Shown piece by piece: positions 29,400 through 39,497 of a stretch of DNA of 64,000 bases. Each line of letters begins with the position of its first letter. Position 1 is the stretch's first letter. The translations under genes and the position numbers were made by a program. The notes beneath the pieces are model-generated. The model was given only the letters and a program-made list of their open reading frames with translations. It was not told the origin of the DNA and made no database searches. This DNA is from Gemmatimonadota bacterium (GTDB lineage: Bacteria > Gemmatimonadota > Gemmatimonadetes > Gemmatimonadales > GWC2-71-9). The stretch lies in contig QHTZ01000067.1 of the NCBI GenBank assembly GCA_003221005.1, positions 43,417 through 107,416 of the forward strand, read 5' to 3'.

Positions 29400-30560
29400 C
29401 TAGCGAGCCGCGAGCCCGGCGACTGAGCCGGGCATGTTCCCGACCACGCCCAACGTGGTGAGGTGGCCGTCAGACTCCACCCGCAGCGCCGTGATCGGGC
29501 CGCTGCCGCGCAGCTGGTACAGATAGCGTCCGTTCACGCTCAGCGCCAAATCGAGGTTGCCCGGGCCCACCGTAGCAGTGACGCCGCTCGCATCGAGCAG
29601 GCTGAGGGAGCCATCCGTGCCCACAGCGAACCCGGAGATCGTACCGCTGGCCGCGTTGGCCGAGTACGCGAAACGGCCGTTCTTGGTCACGCCCACCCAG
29701 CAGGGGGCGCCCTGGTGCGTGGCTACCGCGCCACTCACCAGTGTCACTCGGCCGCTCGAACCGAGGGTGTATGACGATGCACTGCCCGTGGCGGCTTCGG
29801 AGACGATCAGCTCGTTCCGCAACCCGAACGCGAACCCGAACGGCTTGATGCCGGCGCCGGCAGGCGCCTGGGGCGTGGGACCGCTCGCCACACCATCGGG
29901 GGTGACCGAGTACACGTCGATGCTATTCGTATTCTTCTCAGTCACGACCAGCCACCGGCCATCGGGGCCGAACGCTACCTGGGCGGGGTCCACCGCTGCG
30001 CCACCGAGCGGGCGCGTCGATCCCGGAATGGGCGCGAGCGCTCCGTCCGAGCCGACGGTGAACCCGCTGACGTTCCCGCTCCCACCGCCGTTGAGGACGT
30101 AAACGATGTTGTCATGAACCGTCAGGCTGATCGGCTTCGTTCCACCCGACAAATGGCGATCGGTGAGCGAAAGGCCCGCCGGGCTCACGCGGAACGCCGA
30201 GATGTCATTGCTGCCCGCGTTGACGGTGAACAACCAGCGCCCATCGTCGCTCAAAGCGAGCGCGCCCTGCGAGCCGAGGCTGCTCCCGGTCCCCGTGCCA
30301 CCGGTTGCGACCGTGCCCGCCGCGGTGAGCGTACCGGCGGCCGAGCGCTGGAAGATCGCAACGGCATTTCCCCCATTGGCCGCGACCTGGTTCATCAGCG
30401 TGTACACCGCGCCCGGAGTGTCCTCTGCATCTGCGGCGCTCGCGGCGCTGGCGCTGAGCTCACGCCGCAGCGGTGCGGCGGGGCCTGTAATCCCGCGATC
30501 CCGCGAGCAGGCGGCGACACCGGCCACCGCCAGCGCAACGAGTGCGATTCTTTGTGCCAT
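29400..30560 (-). CDS. lactonase-family 7-bladed beta-propeller lipoprotein
   Basis: Lipobox 'VAAC'; 'LSDDGRWLFTVNAGS', 'NGRFAYSAN'. Confidence 0.8.
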   Translation of the reverse strand: MAQRIALVALAVAGVAACSRDRGITGPAAPLRRELSASAASAADAEDTPGAVYTLMNQVAANGGNAVAIFQRSAAGTLTAAGTVATGGTGTGSSLGSQGALALSDDGRWLFTVNAGSNDISAFRVSPAGLSLTDRHLSGGTKPISLTVHDNIVYVLNGGGSGNVSGFTVGSDGALAPIPGSTRPLGGAAVDPAQVAFGPDGRWLVVTEKNTNSIDVYSVTPDGVASGPTPQAPAGAGIKPFGFAFGLRNELIVSEAATGSASSYTLGSSGRVTLVSGAVATHQGAPCWVGVTKNGRFAYSANAASGTISGFAVGTDGSLSLLDASGVTATVGPGNLDLALSVNGRYLYQLRGSGPITALRVESDGHLTTLGVVGNMPGSVAGLAAR

Positions 30561-30758
30561 GGATCGAACCTCCCGAGAGAGTGTGATGCGTGCCTGCTAC
30601 GGTGCCGGAAGGTTCACTCGCGCGCCGCGTAGCGGAGCTACCCGGCGAGCGATATGAGAGGCTTCTCATGGTGTTCTCATCCACGTCGGAAAACGCAACG
30701 AGGCGCGGCTTCACTCCGCCGCGCCTCGGTCTCTCGGGCGCACCGACTGCTGGGCGCG

Positions 30759-31064
30759 TTAAGGCCGATGAATGTTCGACTGACCCAGATTTGCCGGCTT
30801 CCTCGAAGGTGAAGCGGGCACGGCGGGCGTTGCCGGCGTTGCTGGGCTAGCCGGAGCAGCCACGCCACCTACGCTCAGGGATGCAGGCGTGGCGCGCGTC
30901 GCCGGCACGGCCGCGGTCGCCGGCGTCACCGCCCGATTATCAAGCCCCACGACCTCACCCCGAAAGTGCGTCGCGCGGTGCGCGGCGACCTTCGAAACAT
31001 CCTGTGCTGCGAGCAGCGACGGAACGACCAGGCTCGCGGCGAGCAACACGACCTTGCGAAGCAT
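30759..31064 (-). CDS. small secreted Pro/Ala/Thr-repeat protein
   Basis: GGAGG RBS; signal peptide ending 'LAA-Q'; repeated PA(T/S/V) triplets. Confidence 0.6.
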   Translation of the reverse strand: MLRKVVLLAASLVVPSLLAAQDVSKVAAHRATHFRGEVVGLDNRAVTPATAAVPATRATPASLSVGGVAAPASPATPATPAVPASPSRKPANLGQSNIHRP

Positions 31065-31213
31065 GCGCTACCTCCAGCTTGGGGTGCTGCAACGGCCCCA
31101 GACGGGGGCCGCCCTGAAGACTCCCTGCAGGGCCGCCGAGTAACGCGGCGGCCCCACAAGTGGTTATTCTGACAGGAGATAGGCGCGAAAGCGCGCACGG
31201 CTTCAGCCCGCCC

Positions 31214-32428
31214 TCAGAGCTTGCCGAGGAACTTGAGCAACACCCCACGCTCCCCATCCGACAGCGCCAGGAAGCGGTCACGCGCGGCTGTGGCTTCTCC
31301 GGCGTGCAGCCTGATCGCCTCGTCGATCGTCGCCGCGCGGCCATCGTGCAGGAACGCAGTCACGAAGCGCAGTCCCATCAGTGGCTCGGTCCGGAACTCA
31401 GCAGGCTCCGCCTCGCCGAGACAGATGTCGGCGAGGTCCGGGCCCATGTCGTGTAGCAGCAGATCCGTGAACCCCGGCACGATCTTGTTGTTGAACGCTT
31501 GCACGGGATTGGGACCCGTCGTGAGCGCCGGAATGTGACATTCCGCGCACCCGATCCGCGAAAAGATTTTCCGGCCCGGCAACTGGCCGATCGCAAACGC
31601 CAGGGGCGTCGGAGCGTCGAGGAACCGCACGAACGCATCCGCGGCGTCGAGATCGTCTTGACTCAGCTCCGGATCGCGTGCCGGATCGACACCCGCGGGA
31701 AGCGGCTTCCCAGCGACCGTCAGCTCCGTGGGGAACGACGGGCTGGTGATCCCCATCTCCTGGATGAACGCCCCGGCCGTGAACTCGCTCAGCGTCGGGC
31801 TCTGCGCCTTGCGGCCGAAGCGACCCAGCCGCCCGTCGGGCGTCCGGTTGGGGCGCCCGGAGACGCCGTCGTGGCCACGAGCCTGGGCGTCCGCAAACCC
31901 CTGAATCTCGGCTTCGGGCACCGCGTCCAGCAGCCCGAACCCCAGGATGGAGGGCGAGGTGCGATGCGCCGTCGCCGTGAATCCCTCGGGCAGCGGCTCG
32001 GCGTCGATCCCCAGGGCGTCGTGCAGCGCCTGCGTCACGTGCTGCTGGACGACCGGCCCGCCCACGTCGCTCAAGTCGCTGCACGCCGGTTGGCCGCTCG
32101 GGTGGTAGGCCGTCGCGTGGACCTCCACTTCGTCGCCAGTGGCACCGACGACGGGATCTTCGTGGCATTCGGCGCAGCCGGTGGAGTTGAAGAGCGGCCC
32201 CAGCCCGGTCTCAGGAGTGAAGTCGGTCGTGAACACCACGCGGCCCCGCTTGAACTGCGCCTGCTGATGGGCGGTGAGGAACGACACCGGACGACCCAGG
32301 CTCGCCACACTCATTGCAGTAGCTCGGTCCGACAGGAACGAAGGCGCGTTGGGCGGTACCGCGTCGCAGGCTGCGACGGCGGCGAGCAGTACTGCGAACG
32401 GAATGCGGGCGCGGCTGTGGTTGGACAC
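31214..32428 (-). CDS. di-heme oxidoreductase family lipoprotein (DHOR)
   Basis: Two CxxCH motifs (both 'CAECH'); 'GLGPLFN', 'GRFGRKA', 'DLLLHDMG', 'FLHDGRA'; lipobox 'VAAC'. Confidence 0.85.
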   Translation of the reverse strand: MSNHSRARIPFAVLLAAVAACDAVPPNAPSFLSDRATAMSVASLGRPVSFLTAHQQAQFKRGRVVFTTDFTPETGLGPLFNSTGCAECHEDPVVGATGDEVEVHATAYHPSGQPACSDLSDVGGPVVQQHVTQALHDALGIDAEPLPEGFTATAHRTSPSILGFGLLDAVPEAEIQGFADAQARGHDGVSGRPNRTPDGRLGRFGRKAQSPTLSEFTAGAFIQEMGITSPSFPTELTVAGKPLPAGVDPARDPELSQDDLDAADAFVRFLDAPTPLAFAIGQLPGRKIFSRIGCAECHIPALTTGPNPVQAFNNKIVPGFTDLLLHDMGPDLADICLGEAEPAEFRTEPLMGLRFVTAFLHDGRAATIDEAIRLHAGEATAARDRFLALSDGERGVLLKFLGKL

Positions 32429-32675
32429 GGCGTCCTCCCGGTTAGTAGCAGCCATGCACCACGATGTCGCGGTCTCGAATCGGGCGGGAAACGGACCCTA
32501 GGGCGGCGAGCGTGGGTCACGTGTGTTGGCCCATATCGCCGAGCACTTCAGGGGCGCGTCTCGTCTTCGGGAAGCACGATGGCGCCGGGGGCGGGCCGCA
32601 GGCCGTGACGGGGGCCACGTTGCCGCGGGCCGCGCGCCGGCGGCGGTCACAGGAAGGTGGGGCGCGTGCCTGTTG

Positions 32676-33077
32676 TTACCGGGAGGGTCGGCCGTCGCGG
32701 GCTCTGACCGCAGCGAGACGGGCCGGATCGGCCGCGTCGAGCGTGCCGATGTTCACGTGTGCCCAGATGACGCGGGAATAGCGGAACAGCAGGGGCACGC
32801 ACGCAACGTGGACGACCACAGCGACGGCGATGGCGCCGACCAGGCCCAGGCGGGGCGCCAGCACGAACATCGCTACGAGCGCAAGCACGAACGCCTCGGC
32901 GATGCCAAGCGCGTAGCTCACGTACATCGCGCCTTGAAAAAAACCGGTCTCCCGCTCAAAGCGGTGCCCGCAGACGGGACACGCCGCGTTCATCGCGAAG
33001 ACACCACGGAACATCCTGCCCTGGAGACACACCGGGCAACGTTGCCGCAGAACGGCTCGCAGACGCGCCGTGGTCAT
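32676..33077 (-). CDS. DUF983 family membrane protein
   Basis: Two CPVC motifs, 'ERETGFFQGAMYVSY', two TM helices. Confidence 0.8.
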   Translation of the reverse strand: MTTARLRAVLRQRCPVCLQGRMFRGVFAMNAACPVCGHRFERETGFFQGAMYVSYALGIAEAFVLALVAMFVLAPRLGLVGAIAVAVVVHVACVPLLFRYSRVIWAHVNIGTLDAADPARLAAVRARDGRPSR

Positions 33078-33081
33078 CGGC

Positions 33082-33378
33082 TCAGGGAGTGTGCAGCAGG
33101 AGGTCCTGATACTCCGGGTGTCGACGGAGGTAGGCCGCGACGAAGGGACAGCGGGGCACGACCCTGAGGTGCTCTGCGCGCGCATACTCGAGCGCGGTGT
33201 GCGCCAGCTTGTCGGCGATGCCCCGGCCCCGCAGGGCGGCAGGCACTTCGGTGTGAACCAAGACGATCCTATCAGGGAAGCGCTCATACTGCAGCTCAGC
33301 CGTCTGCCCATCCACCCGCGCCACGAACCGGTTGGCCGCGGCGTCGTTCTCTACCGCGATATCGACGAGACCCGTCAC
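33082..33378 (-). CDS. small GNAT (YjdJ-like)
   Basis: 'HTEVPAALRGRGIA...VVPRCPFV'. Confidence 0.85.
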   Translation of the reverse strand: MTGLVDIAVENDAAANRFVARVDGQTAELQYERFPDRIVLVHTEVPAALRGRGIADKLAHTALEYARAEHLRVVPRCPFVAAYLRRHPEYQDLLLHTP

Positions 33379-34064
33379 GTCGACCCTTGGAACGTGGAGG
33401 GGGTGTCCAACGCCTGGGGCCTGCGCACGGCGCCGTCCTTGCGATCGCCACAGGCGCTCTCGAACCGCGCCACCGCCGCGCGACGGAGCCAGGCCCACCA
33501 CGCCACGAGCCCGGCCATGGCGAGCACGATCACCACCGCCGCGAGACTGACGCGTGTCAGAGCTTGCTCGAGCTGCGGCAGATTATGACCGAACAGATAG
33601 CCGAGGGTGCCCGTGAGGACAGCCCAGCAGACAGCGCCGAGGGCGTTGTAGAGCATGAAGGTGCCGTAAGGCATGGAGGTCGTTCCCGCGAGCACGGCCG
33701 CCCAGGTGCGCAGCAGCGCGATGAAGCGGCCGAAGAAGACCGCCTTGGGTCCGTACCGCTCGAAAAAGCGGTGCCCGCGCTCGAGGTACGATTCGTTGAG
33801 ATGGATGACGCGGCCATACCGGCGGACCAACGCGACGCCGCCGGTGCGCCCGATCCAGTAGCCGGCGTTGTCCCCCAGCACCGCCGCGGCCACGGCTACC
33901 GCGACCACCGCCGTTATGGAGAAATGCCCGAGCGCGGCCCACGCCGCGGCTGCGAGCAGAGCCGTCTCGCCCGGCACCGGGACGCCCAGGCTCTCGAGCC
34001 CCACCAGGACGAAGAGCAGCGGGTAGCCCCAGCTATCGACGAGATCCTTGACGGCGTTGTCCAT
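33375..34064 (-). CDS. DedA family membrane protein
   Basis: 'LESLGVPVPGE', 'GDNAGYWIGR', 'FFGRFIALLR'. Confidence 0.9.
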   Translation of the reverse strand: MDNAVKDLVDSWGYPLLFVLVGLESLGVPVPGETALLAAAAWAALGHFSITAVVAVAVAAAVLGDNAGYWIGRTGGVALVRRYGRVIHLNESYLERGHRFFERYGPKAVFFGRFIALLRTWAAVLAGTTSMPYGTFMLYNALGAVCWAVLTGTLGYLFGHNLPQLEQALTRVSLAAVVIVLAMAGLVAWWAWLRRAAVARFESACGDRKDGAVRRPQALDTPSTFQGST

Positions 34065-34066
34065 GG

Positions 34067-34438
34067 CTACGCCGCGCCGTCCGGGCGCCGCGGATGACTC
34101 CGCAGACGGTGCGTCGCCTGGTCCACCCGGGCGATGTAGGCACGGATCGCTTCGCTGCGCTCGCGCCGCGGCAGCACGAAGTGCGGGTCATCGGGATCCC
34201 GGCTCTTCAGGTCGTCCACCATCAGGTCCCCGCCGTGGGACTCGACCGCCGCCTCGAAGCGCTCCACCGCGTCCAGCAGGCTCGCGAGGTCACCCGGATC
34301 CTCGGCACCCGTGACGGTGACCCCGCGGTCCCGCAACCGGGCCGCCACTTCCGCGACCGCCGCATCGCGCTCCTCCTTGCGGTGCGGATCGAGCGCGCCC
34401 TCCAGCTCCTCGTAATCATCCCGTGATTCCGGTACCAT
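34067..34438 (-). CDS. hypothetical protein
   Basis: GGAGG RBS; fills the operon gap; protein-like composition. Confidence 0.65.
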   Translation of the reverse strand: MVPESRDDYEELEGALDPHRKEERDAAVAEVAARLRDRGVTVTGAEDPGDLASLLDAVERFEAAVESHGGDLMVDDLKSRDPDDPHFVLPRRERSEAIRAYIARVDQATHRLRSHPRRPDGAA

Positions 34439-34487
34439 GACTACCTCCCGTGGTCAAGCGCCGCGGCCGCGCTGCTTGTTCCCCAGT

Positions 34488-35768
34488 CTAGCGCAGCAGC
34501 ACCGAGACTGTGTGGATCAGCAGGCCGACCAGCCCCCCTACCAGCGTGCCGTTGATGCGGATGAACTGCAGGTCGCTCCCCACCGCGAGCTCGAGCCGCC
34601 GCACCGCGACCTGGGGATCCCAGGCGCTCACCGTGCGGGCGATCAGCTCGGCGATCTCGTGCCGGTGCTGCTCTACGGCGGACGCCACGATCCCCGTGAG
34701 AAAGTCGTCGAGATCGTTGAGCAGCGCCTCGTTGCCGAGCAGGGACTCCCCCGCCGCGGCGATCCCACGCTCGAGGGCTTCCTGAGAGGCGTCGTCGGGG
34801 TGCGTACGGTAGCGCACCGCGGCGCGCCGCACGGCATCCCAGAGCGAGGCCGCCAGCTCGTCCACCAGCGGGTGCGCCAGCACTTGCTCCTTCAAGGCCT
34901 CCGCCTTCGCCATCACATCCGGCGCATGCTGCAGCTTGTCGATGAACTGCTCCAGCGCCGCGTCGAACTTGCGCCGCACCGGATGACGCGGGTCGGCCCG
35001 CACGTCGAGCAGCAGCTCCTCGAGCGCGATGATGATCTTCTGGTAGATCACGTCGTCGATCACTCCGGGAACCCACCAGGGGCTGCCCTCGCGGATCTTG
35101 AGCCGAATGGCCTCCCGGTTGTCGTCGAGCGCCTGGGCGGCGAGGTTGAGCAGCGCGTTCAGGAGCTCGTGGTGGCGGTTGTCGCTCGTCACGAGCGCGA
35201 GGACGCCGCCAAGCACGGGCGCCACCCGCGTGGCCTGGAGACGGGCCACCGCGCTGTCGTGGATGAGCTCGCGGAACTCGGCCTCCGGGAGCGCCTCGAT
35301 CGTCTTCGCGACACCCGTCACCAGCTGCCTCGCCACGCGGCCGCTGTTCTCGGGGCGCGCCACCCAGCGCGCCGCCCGCTCGGACGGGCGCAGCACACGG
35401 ACTTCGGCCGCGACGACCTCCCGCGAGAGGAAATGCTTCTGCACAAAGTTCCCGAGGATGCGGCCGATCCGGTCTTTCTGCGTCGCGACGATCGCCGTGT
35501 GGGGGATCGGGAGACCGAGGGGGCGCCGGAACAGTGCGGTGACGGCGAACCAGTCGGCGAGCCCGCCCACGAGCGAGGCCTCGGCCGTAGCCCGTACGAA
35601 TCCCAGCCAGGGATGAGTGCTCTCCAAGAAGCGGGCGACGGCGAACACGACCGCGGCGAGAACCAGGAGCCCCGTCGCCCGCCGTCGCATGGTGTCGAGC
35701 CGGGCCTGCCGCGCCGCGTCATCCGGGGCGGGCGGGGGGGACGGAGGGGGCGATGGCGACGCCGTCAT
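34488..35768 (-). CDS. DUF445 family membrane protein
   Basis: 'VGGLADWFAVTALFRRPLGLPIPHTAI', 'DLQFIRINGTLVGG'. Confidence 0.9.
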   Translation of the reverse strand: MTASPSPPPSPPPAPDDAARQARLDTMRRRATGLLVLAAVVFAVARFLESTHPWLGFVRATAEASLVGGLADWFAVTALFRRPLGLPIPHTAIVATQKDRIGRILGNFVQKHFLSREVVAAEVRVLRPSERAARWVARPENSGRVARQLVTGVAKTIEALPEAEFRELIHDSAVARLQATRVAPVLGGVLALVTSDNRHHELLNALLNLAAQALDDNREAIRLKIREGSPWWVPGVIDDVIYQKIIIALEELLLDVRADPRHPVRRKFDAALEQFIDKLQHAPDVMAKAEALKEQVLAHPLVDELAASLWDAVRRAAVRYRTHPDDASQEALERGIAAAGESLLGNEALLNDLDDFLTGIVASAVEQHRHEIAELIARTVSAWDPQVAVRRLELAVGSDLQFIRINGTLVGGLVGLLIHTVSVLLR

Positions 35769-36625
35769 CGCACGAGCAGCACCAGGCTCGCCGAACCGGC
35801 CAGGGCACAGTAGACGGCGAACGGCACGAGCGTCTTCGTACGGAAGTATCGCGTCAGAAACTTCACGGACGCGTAGGCGGCGATCGCGGCGGCCACCGCG
35901 CCAAGCAGGGCGACGCTGATGGCTCCGCTCCCGCCCGAGAGCAACAACCTCGGAAGCTTCAGCGCGGCCGCCGCCCCGATGATCGGGGTCGCGAGCAGAA
36001 ACGAGTAGCGCAGCGAGTCTTCGTGGGACAGACCGACCAGCAATCCCCCCGCGAGCGTCGATCCGGTCCGCGAGAATCCGGGGATCAAGGCGATGATCTG
36101 CAGCAGGCCTACCCTGATCGCGTGCGGCCACGTGAGCTCCGTGGCGATGCGCCGATCGGGGTCGAGAAGGTGGTCCGCCCGCTTCGCCTTCCGACGCAGC
36201 CGCTCGGCGCCGAACAGCAGGACGCCGTTCATGATCAGGAAGAACGCGGCGGAGCGCGGCGAGACGAAAAGACCTCTCACCTGCTTCTCGAACAGCAGCC
36301 CGACGATTCCGGCGGGGACGGTTCCCGCGACCAGTAGCCAGCCGAGCCTTGCGTCGAGATCACCCGGCCCGAGCGCACGGTCCCGCAGCGAGCGCCCCAG
36401 ACCCGCCAGGATGCGCTTCCAGTCACTCCAGTACAGCACGAACAGCACGAGCGCGGTCGCGAAATGCGTGGCGACGAGGAACGTGAGGAATGCACCGGCA
36501 TCCTGATCCACACGCCACCGGAGCAGCCCCGGAAGCACCACGCTATGGCCGAGGCTCGATACGGGAAACAGCTCGGTCACCCCTTGGAGGAACCCGAGGG
36601 CAATCGCCTGGGAGACGGAGATCAT
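35765..36625 (-). CDS. uppP: undecaprenyl-diphosphate phosphatase
   Basis: 'QGVTELFPVSSLGH', 'PGFSRTG'. Confidence 0.92.
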   Translation of the reverse strand: MISVSQAIALGFLQGVTELFPVSSLGHSVVLPGLLRWRVDQDAGAFLTFLVATHFATALVLFVLYWSDWKRILAGLGRSLRDRALGPGDLDARLGWLLVAGTVPAGIVGLLFEKQVRGLFVSPRSAAFFLIMNGVLLFGAERLRRKAKRADHLLDPDRRIATELTWPHAIRVGLLQIIALIPGFSRTGSTLAGGLLVGLSHEDSLRYSFLLATPIIGAAAALKLPRLLLSGGSGAISVALLGAVAAAIAAYASVKFLTRYFRTKTLVPFAVYCALAGSASLVLLVR

Positions 36626-36645
36626 GCCGCTAAACTTACGGTAGG

Positions 36646-36984
36646 ATGACCGGCGTGATTGTGGTGCTGGCCAGCGTCGCCGCCTTCCTCGCGGCGGCGA
36701 AGTCGCATGGCCGTCAGGTCAGGGTCGAGCGGGAGCTCGCCGGCTACTGGGAGTGGACGATCTGGCTCCCGGCCGTGGTGTGGGCGCCCATCGTCGCGTT
36801 CGTCGCGTTCGTCGCGCTCGGCGTGGCGAGCCTGCGGCGTTTCGGCGCGGCGCTGCGCCGCGGCACTCCCCCGGGGCGAGCCACCGACGCCGCCTGGCTC
36901 CGTCGCGCCCTCGCGGGGAGCGCGGCGTGGTGGCTCGTCACCTTCGGGCTGATCGCTGCTGCGGGCTGGGCCGCCTGGCCTTAG
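36646..36984 (+). CDS. hypothetical membrane protein
   Basis: Three hydrophobic segments; Trp-rich. Confidence 0.45.
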   Translation: MTGVIVVLASVAAFLAAAKSHGRQVRVERELAGYWEWTIWLPAVVWAPIVAFVAFVALGVASLRRFGAALRRGTPPGRATDAAWLRRALAGSAAWWLVTFGLIAAAGWAAWP

Positions 36985-37577
36985 GGCTTCGGGCCCAGCG
37001 CCCTGACCTGCCCCCGGATCTCGCCGCCGGGGAAGTCTCCGGGACCGGTGTTCGTCCCGTCCACACCGTCGTTCGTGTGCACGTTCGCATACGCCGAGTC
37101 ATGGCGAATCAACCTGAGTAGATCGCTCAGCGGATGCCCGGCGAGTGGCCCGATGAGATTGCCGGCGGTGATGATGCCAGACGCCAGCACGCCGTCCGTC
37201 CGGCCGCCTCCTGCGGGCACCAGCCCGTAGAGGAAGACGACGATGGGACCGTTGATGCCTGCCGGCGCGATGTGAATGTGAGACTGGACCACGTTGTAGA
37301 TGTTGCTCGAGATGATCTTGTACTCGAGCGTGTCGCCGGCGGCGTTCAGCTGCAGCTTGAGCTCGCCCTGTCCGCGCGTATCACGCGCCGGAACCTCATC
37401 GTCGCCGCTAAGGTGCGCGTCGAAATTCTGCGCTGGGGGAGCGACCACGCTCGCGGACGGGACGGCTAGCGCCGTCGACCCGCGCAGCTCGGTGGGCACG
37501 GCGCGATCCGCAGGATTGCAGGTCGCGAGCAAGGTCACAAGGAGAAGCAGGACGCCTGTGGTGGCGAGGGGACGCAC
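36981..37577 (-). CDS. CHRD-domain secreted protein
   Basis: 'LSGDDEVP', 'SHIH', 'YANVHT', 'GGEIRGQ'. Confidence 0.88.
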   Translation of the reverse strand: MRPLATTGVLLLLVTLLATCNPADRAVPTELRGSTALAVPSASVVAPPAQNFDAHLSGDDEVPARDTRGQGELKLQLNAAGDTLEYKIISSNIYNVVQSHIHIAPAGINGPIVVFLYGLVPAGGGRTDGVLASGIITAGNLIGPLAGHPLSDLLRLIRHDSAYANVHTNDGVDGTNTGPGDFPGGEIRGQVRALGPKP

Positions 37578-37654
37578 AGGACCTCCAGCGAAGGGACGAG
37601 CGTCAACCTACCCCGCGGCAGGCGCGGCGCAAGCAGAGCTTCGAGCCGCTCGAC

Positions 37655-38641
37655 CTAGCGGTTGCGCGCGGGCCCGCGCGCGAACCCAGTGGCGCCCGTG
37701 ACCGCCGTCGCCCCGACGGCGATCAGAGCCCCCTCGCGTGACAGCGACTGCACGCCGAGCACCGTCGTGATCGGCGGGTTCGCGCCGAAGTAGGCCGCCC
37801 CGGCGTCGCGGATCGCGGCGAGCTGGCTCGGTTTGTAGTCAGCGACGTAGATCGTGAGCGCGACGACGTCCGGCGGGGAGGCACCAGTCGCGCGCAGCAC
37901 TGCCCCGAGATTGGCAAACGCCCGCAGGGCCTGGGCAGCCAAATTCCCCGCACCCACGAGTGCGCCCGCGCTGTCGAGCGGTAGCTGGCTCGAGACGTAC
38001 ACCGTGCGGCCGACGCGGACCGCCTGCGATCCCAGGTCCGGACGAGGCGTGCCGGGCGGGCTAGCGAGGAACGCCTTCTGTTCGGGGAGGGGCGCCATGC
38101 GCTCGCCGCCGAACGCCGCCTGCCGCCAGCGCAGCGCGTCCTCCCGCGCCTTCTCCTCGGCGGCGCGTTCCTGGTCCTCTTTCCAGCGGCGATAGCTCTT
38201 CGACTGATCGCCCGTCAGCAGGTGACGCAGCTGAACTTCGAATTTGTCCTGACGGTCTTTGAGGTACCTGCCGAGCTCCTGCAGGCGCTCGGCGTAGAAC
38301 AACGCAGCGGCGCGGTCACCCGAGTCGAGGCGGTCGTTCATCTTTTCGGTCACCGCGCGGGCGCTGTCGCGCTGGGGCCGGGTGGCGACCATGAAGGAAT
38401 CGTACGCCTGCCCGTACCGGGCGGCCTGCTGGTCGCTGAAATCGAGGAGCGTGCGTGCCATCGCCGAATCGGGCGGGCCGTCGAGCTCCGCCCCAGGGAG
38501 TCTCGGGGCCGCTGCCTCCCGACCGAATCCTCCGCCACCCATCCCCTGTCCGCGACCGCCGAAACCACCCCACTGCCCCCGGGCCTCGCGGGAGCTCACC
38601 GCAAACACCAGCAGAGCCGCCGTCACGAGCGTGCGTCGCAT
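37655..38641 (-). CDS. secreted protein: helical N-terminal domain plus C-terminal RidA/YjgF-like domain
   Basis: Signal peptide; 'SQAVRVGRTVYVSSQLP...AAQALRAFANLGAVL'. Confidence 0.75.
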   Translation of the reverse strand: MRRTLVTAALLVFAVSSREARGQWGGFGGRGQGMGGGGFGREAAAPRLPGAELDGPPDSAMARTLLDFSDQQAARYGQAYDSFMVATRPQRDSARAVTEKMNDRLDSGDRAAALFYAERLQELGRYLKDRQDKFEVQLRHLLTGDQSKSYRRWKEDQERAAEEKAREDALRWRQAAFGGERMAPLPEQKAFLASPPGTPRPDLGSQAVRVGRTVYVSSQLPLDSAGALVGAGNLAAQALRAFANLGAVLRATGASPPDVVALTIYVADYKPSQLAAIRDAGAAYFGANPPITTVLGVQSLSREGALIAVGATAVTGATGFARGPARNR

Positions 38642-38688
38642 GGGCGTCTTCTCCTCGCAGGAAGATCTTGGTGCTACCCCCGCCGCTG

Positions 38689-39219
38689 TCAGCCGCTCCG
38701 GAACCGCGGCCGATGCCGACCCCACCATGGGCCGTCGCGCCAGGGACCCCCCTCACCAGGCCCAGCCCCACGCCCCCGCCCCATACGCGCGAAGTGCTGG
38801 CGCATCAGCGAGAGTCGCGCGCGTTGCAGCGGGGACAGATAGCCCGCCATCTCCCGGTTCTGATCCCGCCGCAACTGGGCCAGGGCAGCCTCGTTCTGTT
38901 CTTGCGCGTCCAACAGCTTCCGCAGGCTGTCCGCGTTCGCCGCGACACCCGGCTGCAGCTGACCCCGGAGAGCCCCCCCGAGCTGGTGCTGCCGTTCCAT
39001 AATGGCGCGGCGCTGGTCACCGAAGCGCTGCTGGGTGGCCTTGAGCTTGGCCGCCTGGTCGTCGGTGAGGCGGAGCGCCTCGCGCAGCCGGGCTTCGCGC
39101 TGGCGTTGGAACTCTTCGCGGTGCTGGCGCATCCGGCCAGCGCGCCCTGTGTCGGCGGGATTTTGCGCCGGGAGTACCGGAGCCGCCGCGAAGAACAAGA
39201 GCAACGCGATCCGTTTCAT
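38689..39219 (-). CDS. Spy/CpxP-like periplasmic protein
   Basis: Signal peptide; LTxxQ-type motifs 'LTDDQ' and 'LSPLQRA'. Confidence 0.75.
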   Translation of the reverse strand: MKRIALLLFFAAAPVLPAQNPADTGRAGRMRQHREEFQRQREARLREALRLTDDQAAKLKATQQRFGDQRRAIMERQHQLGGALRGQLQPGVAANADSLRKLLDAQEQNEAALAQLRRDQNREMAGYLSPLQRARLSLMRQHFARMGRGRGAGPGEGGPWRDGPWWGRHRPRFRSG

Positions 39220-39338
39220 CTTCCCTCCAGAAGTGACGTGATAGGCGGCACACTCACACTTAAGGATAGAGTACGGAGACCTCCAAAGCGTCGCTGAACG
39301 CGTGATAAGTTGGAGGCCATCCCCCTCCAGGAGCGCCC

Positions 39339-39497
39339 ATGGCCTGGCACCTCCTCGGTACCCGCGACGAGCTGCTCACTCGAGCCCTCGACTGCTGGAA
39401 GATTCTCGACCAGAACCGGGCGATGATGGACAAGCCGATGGAGCGCGCCGGCCGCAAGGGCAACCCGCTCGAGAACCCCGAGGAGGCGCTCGTATGA
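39339..39497 (+). CDS. small hypothetical protein (52 aa)
   Basis: AGGAG RBS; stop overlaps the ATG of the next gene (ATGA). Confidence 0.45.
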   Translation: MAWHLLGTRDELLTRALDCWKILDQNRAMMDKPMERAGRKGNPLENPEEALV

